Source: Limnoglobus sp.
GTDB lineage: Bacteria > Planctomycetota > Planctomycetia > Gemmatales > Gemmataceae
Direction: 5' to 3'
Assembly: GCA_043726085.1 (NCBI GenBank)
Contig: JAYSKW010000419.1
Location: forward strand, 1-33,551
DNA: 33,551 nt
In this document: piece after piece, positions 17,823 to 27,219 of the stretch
Layout of the letters: every line of letters starts with the position of its first letter
Position numbering within the stretch: position 1 is the stretch's first letter
Made by a program: the position numbers and the translations under genes
The notes under the pieces: model-generated
What the model was told of the DNA's origin: nothing
Database searches by the model: none
What the model saw: the letters and a program-made list of their open reading frames with translations, nothing else

Positions 17823-19604
17823 TTATCGCGTATTTTCCATTTTCCAACGTTTCCATGCGGTATGAACCTGGTTTCGGATCGTCGTCCATTCCTCAGGCGC
17901 GCGGTCTCTTTTCCAAGGCACGTCGATATCCATCAATTTGGCAAACTGCAACGTCACTGCATCGCCGACAGTCAATTTCGGGTATTGGTAGGCGGGATAT
18001 AACAGATCTTTCACGTGACCATTGCGAATCTCCATATCGCTCCAGAGGCTTTCCATCGCGCGAAAGTGATGCGCATATCGTGCGATCTCGAGCAGCCCAG
18101 AATCCGGTATGAGATGATCGAGCACGTAAATCCGATCCGATGAAGGTACTTTCTTCAAAAGTCGAATGAATGCGTCCCAACACTTTTCGTCATTTGTTTT
18201 CCATAACAGTTCAATTTCAAAAGCGGACACAGCAATTTCTTCATCGGTTTGAGGCTCAACTGCAATACGCAGGAAGTGTTTTGTCAACGCTCGTGTCGAA
18301 CTCGCTTTGTCTAAAACAGCCAGACCCTTGATTGCATCGAGGCGATGAATTTTTCGCTGATGGTGTGTCGCTTCGAGAAGCGAATCGATCTTCTCTTGGA
18401 GAGTGAGATCTGCATGAATGAACGCAGCAACAATTTGGCAACTCGACAACTCGACGTTACTTTTCAAGAATTCCCGATAAATTTCAATAAGCCGTTTGGG
18501 ATACTTGGCCGCCAGTAGTCGCAACAATGTGGGATTGCTCATTTGCATTTGAACCGCACGTGTACTCGCCCATTTCTCCTCGCCGATCTTCTTCGCGTTC
18601 GCAAACCACAACGCGGCCAAACGCTGACGTTTTTCCGGAGAGGCATCGTATTCCGGATTATATTCCGAGTCCGATAATTCGTGGAGAATGTTGCTGCAAA
18701 CTTCTCCGACTCGCACGATCTGTATACCGGTGCCCAACGTCAGGAAGGTGCTTTTCGTTAGCCTCGTGTCGTTCAGATGAGCGATCAAAATAGGGACCGC
18801 ATCGAATCCCAGATGACAGATTTCGTCGTATGCAGTAGGCGATCCGGTCAGATCTGCAGTCCATCCAAAGTTTGCATCTTCGTCGCATAGCTTTGTAATA
18901 TACCTTTCGATGCCTTCAAGATCGGCATTCGTCTTACACAGTGTTCGTTCGAGATCGACAATCAGTTCCGTTTCGTCTACTTGATAGTGCCAGTCGTCAT
19001 CGCAAATCTTCTTCAGCATGGAGTAGGCATGAGATCGATTCGTATGTTTCTCCACCAAGGAGTATGTATATTTCTCCCATGCCATTTTTCGCACAATCGC
19101 GAGCGTATGACATGGGCTTCCCGTTACGTCGTCGGGATATTGTCCACTACCCGTACTCGTTTTCCCACGTTGAAAGGCTTCCGTTGCGAGTTCCGTCCAG
19201 CCGAGATGCTGGGCGTACGCTGCCAGAGTCAGCCACTCTTCCGCTAGATGATCTTCAAACCCATCGAGTGCGGAAATATTAGGCGAAACGACCATCAATC
19301 GCGAATTGCGATGTTCGGTGAACTCATATTGATGCTCGCATACTATGGCGGGTTCGGTCTTGGATTTCGCACGAACCAGAATACGCAGATGCACAATCTT
19401 TTCTTCACTCAAGCCATGCGACCCGGTCGAGATGTGGTTATCGACCCACCGAATCAGCTTCGCGTCTTTCGGTGGCAGCCAGAGGTTGTATCGCTTGTAA
19501 ACCGCGTAGAATTCGGCAGCGGACTTCGGCTCCGCCTTCATGCGCAGATCGATGTCGCTGAAAAATAGAATCGTTGCCGCGCACATGACAAATACGGACA
19601 TCAT
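17823..19604 (-). CDS. Hypothetical exported alpha-helical (HEAT-like) protein
   Basis: 593-aa ORF, short hydrophobic N-terminus, AVPILIAHLND HEAT-like segment. Confidence 0.7.
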   Translation of the reverse strand: MMSVFVMCAATILFFSDIDLRMKAEPKSAAEFYAVYKRYNLWLPPKDAKLIRWVDNHISTGSHGLSEEKIVHLRILVRAKSKTEPAIVCEHQYEFTEHRNSRLMVVSPNISALDGFEDHLAEEWLTLAAYAQHLGWTELATEAFQRGKTSTGSGQYPDDVTGSPCHTLAIVRKMAWEKYTYSLVEKHTNRSHAYSMLKKICDDDWHYQVDETELIVDLERTLCKTNADLEGIERYITKLCDEDANFGWTADLTGSPTAYDEICHLGFDAVPILIAHLNDTRLTKSTFLTLGTGIQIVRVGEVCSNILHELSDSEYNPEYDASPEKRQRLAALWFANAKKIGEEKWASTRAVQMQMSNPTLLRLLAAKYPKRLIEIYREFLKSNVELSSCQIVAAFIHADLTLQEKIDSLLEATHHQRKIHRLDAIKGLAVLDKASSTRALTKHFLRIAVEPQTDEEIAVSAFEIELLWKTNDEKCWDAFIRLLKKVPSSDRIYVLDHLIPDSGLLEIARYAHHFRAMESLWSDMEIRNGHVKDLLYPAYQYPKLTVGDAVTLQFAKLMDIDVPWKRDRAPEEWTTIRNQVHTAWKRWKMENTR

Positions 19605-19678
19605 TTTTCTCCGGGTGGCAACGTCTAAACGTTTCAGCCGGAGTTTTGTTGGGACAATTTGGGATTGAACCTCGCGTA

Positions 19679-19763
19679 GACAGGATTTGCAGGATTCACA
19701 TGATTTTAAGAAAGAACGATGAAATTCGCCTTCTCAATCCTGTTTCATCTTGTTCATCCTGTC
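19679..19763. repeat. Inverted repeat built from tandem ~9-bp CAGGATT units
   Basis: GACAGGATTTGCAGGATTCACATGATT ... AATCCTGTTTCATCTTGTTCATCCTGTC. Confidence 0.7.
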
Positions 19764-19779
19764 CAAAGAATTTTGCCAA

Positions 19780-20337
19780 TCACCCGCCGCGCGTGTGCGA
19801 GACCAGATCGTGCGTGCGGATCAGGTCGTCGAGTGCGGGCGAGACTTCGGCGTACTGCGAGTGTGGGATCGTTAGCGTCACTTCGATCGCTTTGGGTGGG
19901 GGGTCTTCGGGTGGCACTTCGACGGCGTCGAGCGAGAGGTTGCGCAATATGCCCGCGTCGAAACCGGTGACGTCGAGTTCGCCCGTAGCTTGCAGTTCGA
20001 TCAGGATTTCGGCCAGTTTGACTGGGTCGTAGCGACCTTGGGCTTCGCGGTTATTCAGCACGATATTCAGTGCCATTTCGCGCGATTCGCATAGGCGAAC
20101 GACCGACACCGGCACGTGCGTGCAACCCAACTCGCACAGGATTTTGTAGCGCAGATGCCCGCCGACGATCTGCCCGCTGAGTTCGTTCCAGATGAGCGGT
20201 TCGACCAACCCGAACTCGCTCAGACTCCGCTTCAGCTTGCGATAACCCGGTGACGCTGGCGACAGCGCTCGCCGCGGGTTGTACGCGGCGGGCTCTACCT
20301 CTTCGATCGGCAATAACCGGACTTCGAGCGGAATCAT
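19780..20337 (-). CDS. ParB/Srx N-terminal domain protein (phage-type)
   Basis: PAAYNPR, LKRSLSEFGLVEPLIWN, IVGGHLRY, LNIVLN; GGAG RBS. Confidence 0.85.
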   Translation of the reverse strand: MIPLEVRLLPIEEVEPAAYNPRRALSPASPGYRKLKRSLSEFGLVEPLIWNELSGQIVGGHLRYKILCELGCTHVPVSVVRLCESREMALNIVLNNREAQGRYDPVKLAEILIELQATGELDVTGFDAGILRNLSLDAVEVPPEDPPPKAIEVTLTIPHSQYAEVSPALDDLIRTHDLVSHTRGG

Positions 20338-20519
20338 GGTACAATCTCCGAACACGCAAATAGTGTACAGGTGTATATATTCATCCGGGATCGCGTTTGT
20401 CAAACGGAACCGACATCAGATTTGCGACACCAGGATCTTCGCCGGTTTACGTTCAAACTCGCAATCGACGTGACCCGCACACCCACACGATTTCCCGAAG
20501 TCAAAAAATCGCAGGCGAT

Positions 20520-20827
20520 TCGACGTAAGTCAGAATTGGTGTCGAGCACGAAGTGACACGAAAGTGTCGCGAAATGACATAGAAATGTCGCATCCGGTCG
20601 ATTTTCGGTCAATGTTGGTCGATTTTCGGTCGGGCTTGGTCGATTTTTGACCAGTCGTTTCGGCTGATGCGAAATCGAAACCATCGACGCAAACCACGAC
20701 AGGATCATAGGATACGGCAAATTCGCCCGAAACAGATGCGGAATTTGCGATCAAAAAGTGGCGTTTTGAGACCCAAAAACACCCCAAAACACAGTTTTTG
20801 AGCCTCCGCAATTCAGACTTACGTCGA
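20520..20827. repeat. Non-coding element with 19-bp terminal IRs and internal 21-bp-period repeats
   Basis: TCGACGTAAGTCAGAATTG (20520-20538) / CAATTCAGACTTACGTCGA (20809-20827), 18/19 match; internal tandem repeats 20550-20647. Confidence 0.75.
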
Positions 20828-20902
20828 TTATTAGTGGCCAACCGCGTTCCGGTTCTGAAGCCACGCCGGTGTGTATCATGACCCCATCCGCTCTTCTCTC
20901 CG

Positions 20903-21493
20903 GTGATGCGTATGCCGTATCTGATTGTTGCGATCATGGCGTTGTTCGGCCTTGGCTTCGTGGGGCTGCTGTTCGTGGCGGCGCGGCGGGGGCGACCGTA
21001 CTTGCACGATGCGGCTACCGGGACGACGACGCTGCGGCACGGCGTGCTGTTGCGTGCGTTTGCGGTGTTTGCGTTCTTCGGCGCGGAACTCGTGCTGTGC
21101 GTCTGGCTGCTCGTGAACCCGCCGACGGCACGGCAGGCGGCGCTACCCCTTCTCGGTGGCGTCGTCCTCGGGCTGGTCGGAATCTTGCTCATTCTGGAGG
21201 CGTATCGGTTCGCGGTTGCGGTTTCGCCAACGGGTGTCGAATGCCGGTCGCCGTGGAAGCCGCGACGCATGGTGGCGTGGGGCGATGTCGCATCAGTCGA
21301 GTTTTCGCGGGCGAATCTCTGGTTCTTGCTGAAATTCTCGAGTGGCGGATCGTTCCGGGTTTCGGCACTGGTGCCGGGGGTCGGACACTTTTTGCAAGGT
21401 TGCGAAACGCACCTGCCGCCGGAGAAAATGCGGGCCGCGAAGCCGGGTTACGCATGGGTCGGTCGCAAATGGCCGTTCCGTAGCAGCGATTAA
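20903..21493 (+). CDS. Membrane protein with bacterial PH-like C-terminal domain
   Basis: Three hydrophobic segments then VAVSPTGVECRSPWKPRRMVAWGDVASV; start could be 20906 or 20912. Confidence 0.7.
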   Translation: MMRMPYLIVAIMALFGLGFVGLLFVAARRGRPYLHDAATGTTTLRHGVLLRAFAVFAFFGAELVLCVWLLVNPPTARQAALPLLGGVVLGLVGILLILEAYRFAVAVSPTGVECRSPWKPRRMVAWGDVASVEFSRANLWFLLKFSSGGSFRVSALVPGVGHFLQGCETHLPPEKMRAAKPGYAWVGRKWPFRSSD

Positions 21494-21559
21494 TTGCGGT
21501 TCCCGATTGTCGCGCGGGCGTTTCCTGTCAGAATGATGGGGACACCCGGAGGCGACATT

Positions 21560-23734
21560 GTGAGTGATGTGGAACGCGACGATTTGCCGGAAACAGATGG
21601 TAGCGCAAACATTCTGACGATGATCCAACGGCGGTGGCCTTGGCTGTTGCTCGGGGCGGTACTCGGGGCCATTGGCGGGTTTTTGCTGTTCTCCACGAAG
21701 GCACCGATCTACCAATCGACGGCCCAAGTTTTGGTCATCAAGAAGCGAGCCGATGCCCCGACGGGCACCGATTCGCGATCGAGCTTCGTCGAAGATTACG
21801 TCGCCACGCAGGTGACGCTGTTGCGGTCCGAACGCATTCTGATTGCGGCCGCGAAGCGTATCGACCCGTCTCGTTTGAATCACGCATTCCCCACAGACGA
21901 GCGCGATCGCGCCAAGGTGCTGGCCGCGTTGCTTTCGGTCGCGCGCGATAAAGATGTCACGACATCGGCAGCGGGTGGTACGAACGTGTTGAACCTCGCG
22001 TTTCGCGGTTCGCACCCCGACGATTGCCGCCAGCTTCTGTCGGCGGTGATTGCCACGTATCAGGCCGAGCTTTCGACGCTGTACGACACGGCCACGCAGG
22101 ACAAGATCGACCTACTTGCGTTGCAACTGAAGCAGTTCAAGACCGAGTTAGATACCGCCGAGACGGGGCGCGTTGAATCTGAGGCGAAGTTGCGGAAGAT
22201 CACGCCCGAAGACTTGATCTTGGTGCGGGGCCGTGTGAGCAAGGAGACCGAAGCGCTACGCGGTTTGCAACTCGAAGAGATCGGGCTGCGGAACCAGGTC
22301 GAACTTATTCGCAATACCCCTGCCGACCGGGCGGCTCGCGTCGAAACCCTCGCGAAACTCGGCGAGCAAGTCCGCAGTTTGGGCCTATCGCGGCAAGACC
22401 TGGACAACACCGAGAACGCGGTCCGGAAACTGCAACTCGACCGCAGCGAGTTATTCAAAAAGTACAACGTCGACCACCCGCTGATTCAGTCGATCGATGC
22501 GCAGATCGCCTTCCTGAACGAATTGAACCAAAAGGCGAACCCGCGCCCAGCCGGCATGGAAATCGATCAATTGGCGATCGTCGAGCGCGTCCTCGAAGGC
22601 CGTTGGAAGGTGATTCAGCAGCAGTTGAAGTACACGATGGCGAGCCTGGACGACGACAAATCGATCTTGAGCCAAGCGACGAATCCGTCGATCGATTCGG
22701 AATATTGGAAGCAACAAGTCGTCGATCGGAAGAAGCGGATCGACGAGGCGCTGACGCAGAAGAATCAGATCGAAGTGACGCGCGGTGCAGGCGGTTTCCA
22801 AGCCTCGGTCATCAACGAGCCCTCGCTCGACGCCACGCCGGTGGCCCCGCGGCTATCGCAATCGCTGATGTTGGGCATCGCGGCGGGGCTGCTGTTCGGC
22901 TTCCTGCTCGCGGCATTTGCCGAACTCAGCGATCAGAGTTTCCGTTCGCCGGCAGACATCCGCAAGCGACTCGGCATGTCGTTGATCGGGCACATCCCGC
23001 CGATCCGAATGACCGTACCGGCCGAGGTGGAACTGGCACTCGAGCCGACATTGGTGACGGCGTTACGGCCGAAATCATCGGAAGCCGAAGCGTATCGCGG
23101 CGTGCGCACGGCGATCTTCTTCAACCTGAATGGCTCGGGGCACCAGATGATTCAGGTGACCAGCCCCAACCAAGGCGACGGCAAATCGACGCTTGCGGCC
23201 AACCTGGCGATCTCGATTGCGCAGTCCGGGCGGCGCGTCATTCTGGTCGACTGCGACTTGCGACGACCGCGAATCGAACGACTGTTCCATCTGACCGATA
23301 ACGGCCTGGGACTCGTCTCGGTCATCCTCGGGGAATGCGAACCGGCGGCGGCGGGGCGACCGAGTGGCATCGAAAACCTGACGATTCTCACGAGCGGCCC
23401 GAAGCCGAGCAACCCAGCCGAACTGCTGACCAGCCCGCGTTTTCAAGTGGCCATCGAGAAACTGCGAGTCGATTACGACTTCGTCATTCTCGATACGCCC
23501 CCGCTACTCGCCGTGAGCGATGCCTCGGTGGTGGCCCCGCGTGCCGATGGTGTGATTCTCGTTTTCCGCATGTCCAACAAAGCCCGACCGACCGCCGAAC
23601 GTGCCCGCGACATACTGGCGCAACTCGGAGCCAAAGTCATCGGCGTCGTAGTCAACGGCAGCGGACGCGCGAAAGAAGGCTACGGCGGCTACACCGCCGA
23701 GTATCATCAGTACGACGAGAAATACACCGATTGA
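21560..23734 (+). CDS. Polysaccharide biosynthesis tyrosine autokinase (Wzc/GumC-like)
   Basis: Wzz-type N-term (PIYQSTAQVLV), two TMs, Walker A GDGKST, DCDLRRP, ILDTPP, C-terminal Tyr cluster; GGAGG RBS before GTG. Confidence 0.93.
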   Translation: MSDVERDDLPETDGSANILTMIQRRWPWLLLGAVLGAIGGFLLFSTKAPIYQSTAQVLVIKKRADAPTGTDSRSSFVEDYVATQVTLLRSERILIAAAKRIDPSRLNHAFPTDERDRAKVLAALLSVARDKDVTTSAAGGTNVLNLAFRGSHPDDCRQLLSAVIATYQAELSTLYDTATQDKIDLLALQLKQFKTELDTAETGRVESEAKLRKITPEDLILVRGRVSKETEALRGLQLEEIGLRNQVELIRNTPADRAARVETLAKLGEQVRSLGLSRQDLDNTENAVRKLQLDRSELFKKYNVDHPLIQSIDAQIAFLNELNQKANPRPAGMEIDQLAIVERVLEGRWKVIQQQLKYTMASLDDDKSILSQATNPSIDSEYWKQQVVDRKKRIDEALTQKNQIEVTRGAGGFQASVINEPSLDATPVAPRLSQSLMLGIAAGLLFGFLLAAFAELSDQSFRSPADIRKRLGMSLIGHIPPIRMTVPAEVELALEPTLVTALRPKSSEAEAYRGVRTAIFFNLNGSGHQMIQVTSPNQGDGKSTLAANLAISIAQSGRRVILVDCDLRRPRIERLFHLTDNGLGLVSVILGECEPAAAGRPSGIENLTILTSGPKPSNPAELLTSPRFQVAIEKLRVDYDFVILDTPPLLAVSDASVVAPRADGVILVFRMSNKARPTAERARDILAQLGAKVIGVVVNGSGRAKEGYGGYTAEYHQYDEKYTD

Positions 23735-23797
23735 TCCCCTTTGTGGGTGCCCGGTTCTGACTACGCGGATTTCGGAAACGGTAATCGGCGGGACGAA

Positions 23798-23830
23798 CCC
23801 GGCGAAGAAGCATTCAACGTCTGCCTCGGG
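23798..23830 (+). repeat. 33-bp exact copy of an internal segment of the downstream E1-alpha gene (26188-26220)
   Basis: CCCGGCGAAGAAGCATTCAACGTCTGCCTCGGG occurs at both sites. Confidence 0.85.
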
Positions 23831-23937
23831 CCTCGGGTTACCTTCAAAAGGGTAGCCGGCGCACTCGAACTGCGGTAGCATAAACACGTTCTATCGTTCT
23901 GAGATTTCCAGCTGCATGCGATCACCGAGATACCGAC

Positions 23938-25134
23938 ATGATTCAGACACTAAAAGCGGTCAATCTGAATCGCAGCATGAATCTCGATCTCACGTTTCAC
24001 GATGATATTAACATCATCACCGGCAAAAACGGCTCGGGCAAAACGACACTTTTGAAACTGCTCTGGTACGCCATGAGCGGCAATCTGGAACGAATCGTCC
24101 GCGAAATCACCTTCGATTCGTTTGAACTGGTTACATCTACATTGACGATCAGTATGGCAATCGAAAAGAACGAAGCTAAGCCACGAATGCTGAAGCTACG
24201 TTTCCGATACTTCGGTGGAGACTTGAATGAAGTCGTGAGAACACTCGATAGCAGTGAGGATTTGGATTTGGGGCTGGCTAGTTACATGATTTCCAGGCGC
24301 GGAACATCGACCTATTTTCCTACTTATCGTCGTGTCGAAAGTGGTGTAATCAACCCAATACCAACGTTTCGCGATAATGATGCCGTACAGCCGTTTTACG
24401 ATAATCTCAAGCGATTGGTTGAAAATAATCAGCACGATGACGAATTTCGTGAACTTAAACAATCACTCAACCAGGTTTCGGAACGACTCAGTGTCCGCGG
24501 ACATCGATTCGTAGCATCGATTTCAACCGACGATATTAATGGCTTGCTAACGTCAAAACTCGCTGAGCTTTCAGGAAAAACTAACGAATTGCATACGAAT
24601 TTGTCCACATTCGTCTTAAGGAAAAGCAACGCCGCAACCGTTGCTGTCGACGATAGTGACAATAGCGGACTTAGTGGCAATGAAGACGCTAAAATAGCAC
24701 TCGCTGAAATCCATAAACGGGCAAGCGACATCTCTGAACTGCGTGAGCAGTTACAAAAACCGTTTACTGTACTTTCCGAACTAATCACGAAAGTGTTCGA
24801 CTACACAGGCATCCGATTTGCAAACGCTATCACGCTCGGTGGAACCATCGGTGCAATTGCTTCAGATGTACTGTCTGCGGGTGAGAAGCAGATGCTTAGC
24901 TTCTTTTGTTACAACGCATTTTCCAGCAATTCGTGCCTGTTTATCGATGAGCCGGAGATTAGTTTGCACGTCGATTGGCAGCGGATTCTTTTCCCGCTTC
25001 TGCTGAAACAATCGATGGGGAATCAGTTCATCGTGGCGACGCACTCGCCGTTCATCTATTCGAAGTACGCAGACAAAGAACTCGTGTTAGATCCGGATAG
25101 GGGGAACGCAGATGCCGACGCCGTCGATGACTGA
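23938..25134 (+). CDS. ABC-type (AAA_15/AAA_21) ATPase, AriA-like
   Basis: Walker A GKNGSGKTT, signature LSAGEKQ, Walker B LFIDEPE, SLH, ATHSP; coiled-coil insert; no transporter TM partner. Confidence 0.88.
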   Translation: MIQTLKAVNLNRSMNLDLTFHDDINIITGKNGSGKTTLLKLLWYAMSGNLERIVREITFDSFELVTSTLTISMAIEKNEAKPRMLKLRFRYFGGDLNEVVRTLDSSEDLDLGLASYMISRRGTSTYFPTYRRVESGVINPIPTFRDNDAVQPFYDNLKRLVENNQHDDEFRELKQSLNQVSERLSVRGHRFVASISTDDINGLLTSKLAELSGKTNELHTNLSTFVLRKSNAATVAVDDSDNSGLSGNEDAKIALAEIHKRASDISELREQLQKPFTVLSELITKVFDYTGIRFANAITLGGTIGAIASDVLSAGEKQMLSFFCYNAFSSNSCLFIDEPEISLHVDWQRILFPLLLKQSMGNQFIVATHSPFIYSKYADKELVLDPDRGNADADAVDD

Positions 25135-25852
25135 GGAAGAAATTATCAGCATCCTCGGCAAGACGAATCTGCCAACCTTGCTGGTGGAAGGCGTCGACGA
25201 TGCAAAAATCTATCGCTCGCTCGAAAATGAACTCGGAATCCTCGGCGGGAACATCCTGCAATGTACTGGTCGAAATGTACTCATTTCAATTTTCCGCAGA
25301 CGGGACACGTTCAAGCATGGAAAGTTGGTTTGGCTGGCCGACCTCGATATGTGGCGATTTTCCCAACCGCCCGATGACTTGAAAGGCATCATCTTCACAT
25401 CGGGATATAGTATCGAAAACGACCTGTATGCAGGATCTGAAATCGAGTCGCTACTCGAAGTGAAAGAACGCGACCAACACGCGCAGTTATTAGCAGCAGT
25501 ATGTCGATGGTTTGCCTTCGAGGTCATCGAACACAAAGCCAATGGAGTGAATCGATGTGGGACGCACATCGATCGAGTGATCGATTATTCGACAATGGAC
25601 ATTGCAACGGGCTTCGCAACTTCACGCGGATTTATCGAACCTGACTCTGCAATCTGCGCACAAATCCTTGCGAATTATCAATTGCAGCTTCGGGGCAAAA
25701 CACTTTTTCAAGCACTACAAGTCATCCTGGCGAAACCTAACCGGAAACCTGCATATCGCACACGGGCGTTGATCGACATGTGCCTGAAACTGTATCCAGA
25801 CAACCCTTATATGAAGCGGCTCGTGACTGAAGCGAAAGCGGCGTTGTCCTGA
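25112..25852 (+). CDS. DUF4435 / TOPRIM-like nuclease, AriB-like
   Basis: LLVEGVDD, LADLD (DxD), YSIENDL motifs; 23-nt overlap with the ATPase gene. Confidence 0.8.
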   Translation: MPTPSMTEEEIISILGKTNLPTLLVEGVDDAKIYRSLENELGILGGNILQCTGRNVLISIFRRRDTFKHGKLVWLADLDMWRFSQPPDDLKGIIFTSGYSIENDLYAGSEIESLLEVKERDQHAQLLAAVCRWFAFEVIEHKANGVNRCGTHIDRVIDYSTMDIATGFATSRGFIEPDSAICAQILANYQLQLRGKTLFQALQVILAKPNRKPAYRTRALIDMCLKLYPDNPYMKRLVTEAKAALS

Positions 25853-25977
25853 TGCGGATTCGTGGCTTCGCAACCTCATCTAGCGGAATCCTGGCGGTTT
25901 CGGCTACGATTGCATTGTGAAATCTGTGTGGGCGCGGGTATAATTCGACGATCACCCGGTCGCTCGGAGGGTTGCCG

Positions 25978-27093
25978 ATGCTGGATACCGACGAAGACGC
26001 AAGCGATTCCCGCACCCTGCGGCGGACGACACGCAAAGTCGCCCCCCACGTGGTGCGGACCGGGCGCGAGACACTTTCGGTCGAACTGGCACTGACGCTG
26101 TATCGCCAGATGATTCGCACGCGGGCACTCGAAGAACGTGCGATCAAGATGTCCAAATCGGGCGAAGCCTACTTCTGGATCGGCGGCCCCGGCGAAGAAG
26201 CATTCAACGTCTGCCTCGGGTTACAAGTCTTAAAAGGTCGCGGCCCCGCCTTCGATTTCTTGCACCTCCACTATCGCAGCGCGGGCATCTTGTTGGCCAT
26301 GGGAATGCCGATGGTCGACCACTTCCGCCAACTCGCGATGACAGCAACCGATCCGTTCAGCATGGGGCGAAACTTCGTCGGCCACTACGCGATCCCCGCT
26401 TGGAACATCGTGCCCGTTTCGAGCGTGATCGAAGTGCAATTCGCGATGGCCCCCGGCACGGCCCACGTGCAGAAACGCCACGGCGGCGAGGGGATTAGCA
26501 TCGTCGGCGGCGGCGATGCAGGCACGTCCGAAGGCGATTTTGAAACCTGCATGAACTGGAGCGCGCGGCCCGGCAACGAACTCCCGGTGCTGATGATCGT
26601 CACCAACAATCGCTGGGGAATCAGCACGCCGGCGGCTTCGGTTCACGGCGAAAAACGCATCTCGGATCGGGCATTGCCTTACGGTATTCGCAGCGAAACC
26701 GTCGATGGGAACGACCCCGTGGCGAGTTGGCACGCGATCGATCGGGCGATGCGCTACTGCCGCCGCGAGCGGAAACCGTTCCTGCTGGAAGCGCTGGTGT
26801 CGCGGTTACACGGGCACTCGTCGAGCAGCGGCGCGCAGCGAAACCTCGGCGAACCCGACTGCATTGGCCTCTTCGAGCAAGCGCTCGTCGATGCGGGTGG
26901 CCTCGATGCGGACTTGATTCGCGGGATGAAAGCCGAAGCCAAAGACGAAGCCGACGCCGCCGTCGTGTTGGCCACTAGCGAAGCGAAGCCGACCGCCAAC
27001 GACGTCGAACGCCACACCTACAGCCCGAGTTGCGTCGACGCCATTTACCGCGACGATTACACCGGTTTACCAGGTGCCACCCGTATTATTTAG
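25978..27093 (+). CDS. TPP-dependent 2-oxoacid dehydrogenase E1 component alpha subunit
   Basis: GEEA, HYRS, TPP motif GDAG...NN, VDGND, RLHGHS; GGAGG RBS; TTGTGA-N18-TATAAT at 25915-25944. Confidence 0.92.
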   Translation: MLDTDEDASDSRTLRRTTRKVAPHVVRTGRETLSVELALTLYRQMIRTRALEERAIKMSKSGEAYFWIGGPGEEAFNVCLGLQVLKGRGPAFDFLHLHYRSAGILLAMGMPMVDHFRQLAMTATDPFSMGRNFVGHYAIPAWNIVPVSSVIEVQFAMAPGTAHVQKRHGGEGISIVGGGDAGTSEGDFETCMNWSARPGNELPVLMIVTNNRWGISTPAASVHGEKRISDRALPYGIRSETVDGNDPVASWHAIDRAMRYCRRERKPFLLEALVSRLHGHSSSSGAQRNLGEPDCIGLFEQALVDAGGLDADLIRGMKAEAKDEADAAVVLATSEAKPTANDVERHTYSPSCVDAIYRDDYTGLPGATRII

Positions 27094-27219
27094 CGCTTTC
27101 GCACGTCTCGCGTTCCTCATCGGTATCCACTGCTGCAACAAAATTGTCTTCGCTGAGCCGCTCCGTACGTTTAGGCGCAGGCGACTACCTCTTTGCACGC
27201 ATTAAATTGTGAAGGAACG

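Noticed and set aside
20550-20647. Possible CRISPR or guide-RNA array
   Set aside because: Period only 21 bp, two to three units, no spacer-length unique sequences, no cas-like gene nearby.
20400-20720. ORF with ENRP heptad repeats
   Set aside because: Translation of 21-bp DNA repeats; the dyad symmetry and A-tracts point to DNA-level function, and there is no protein motif.
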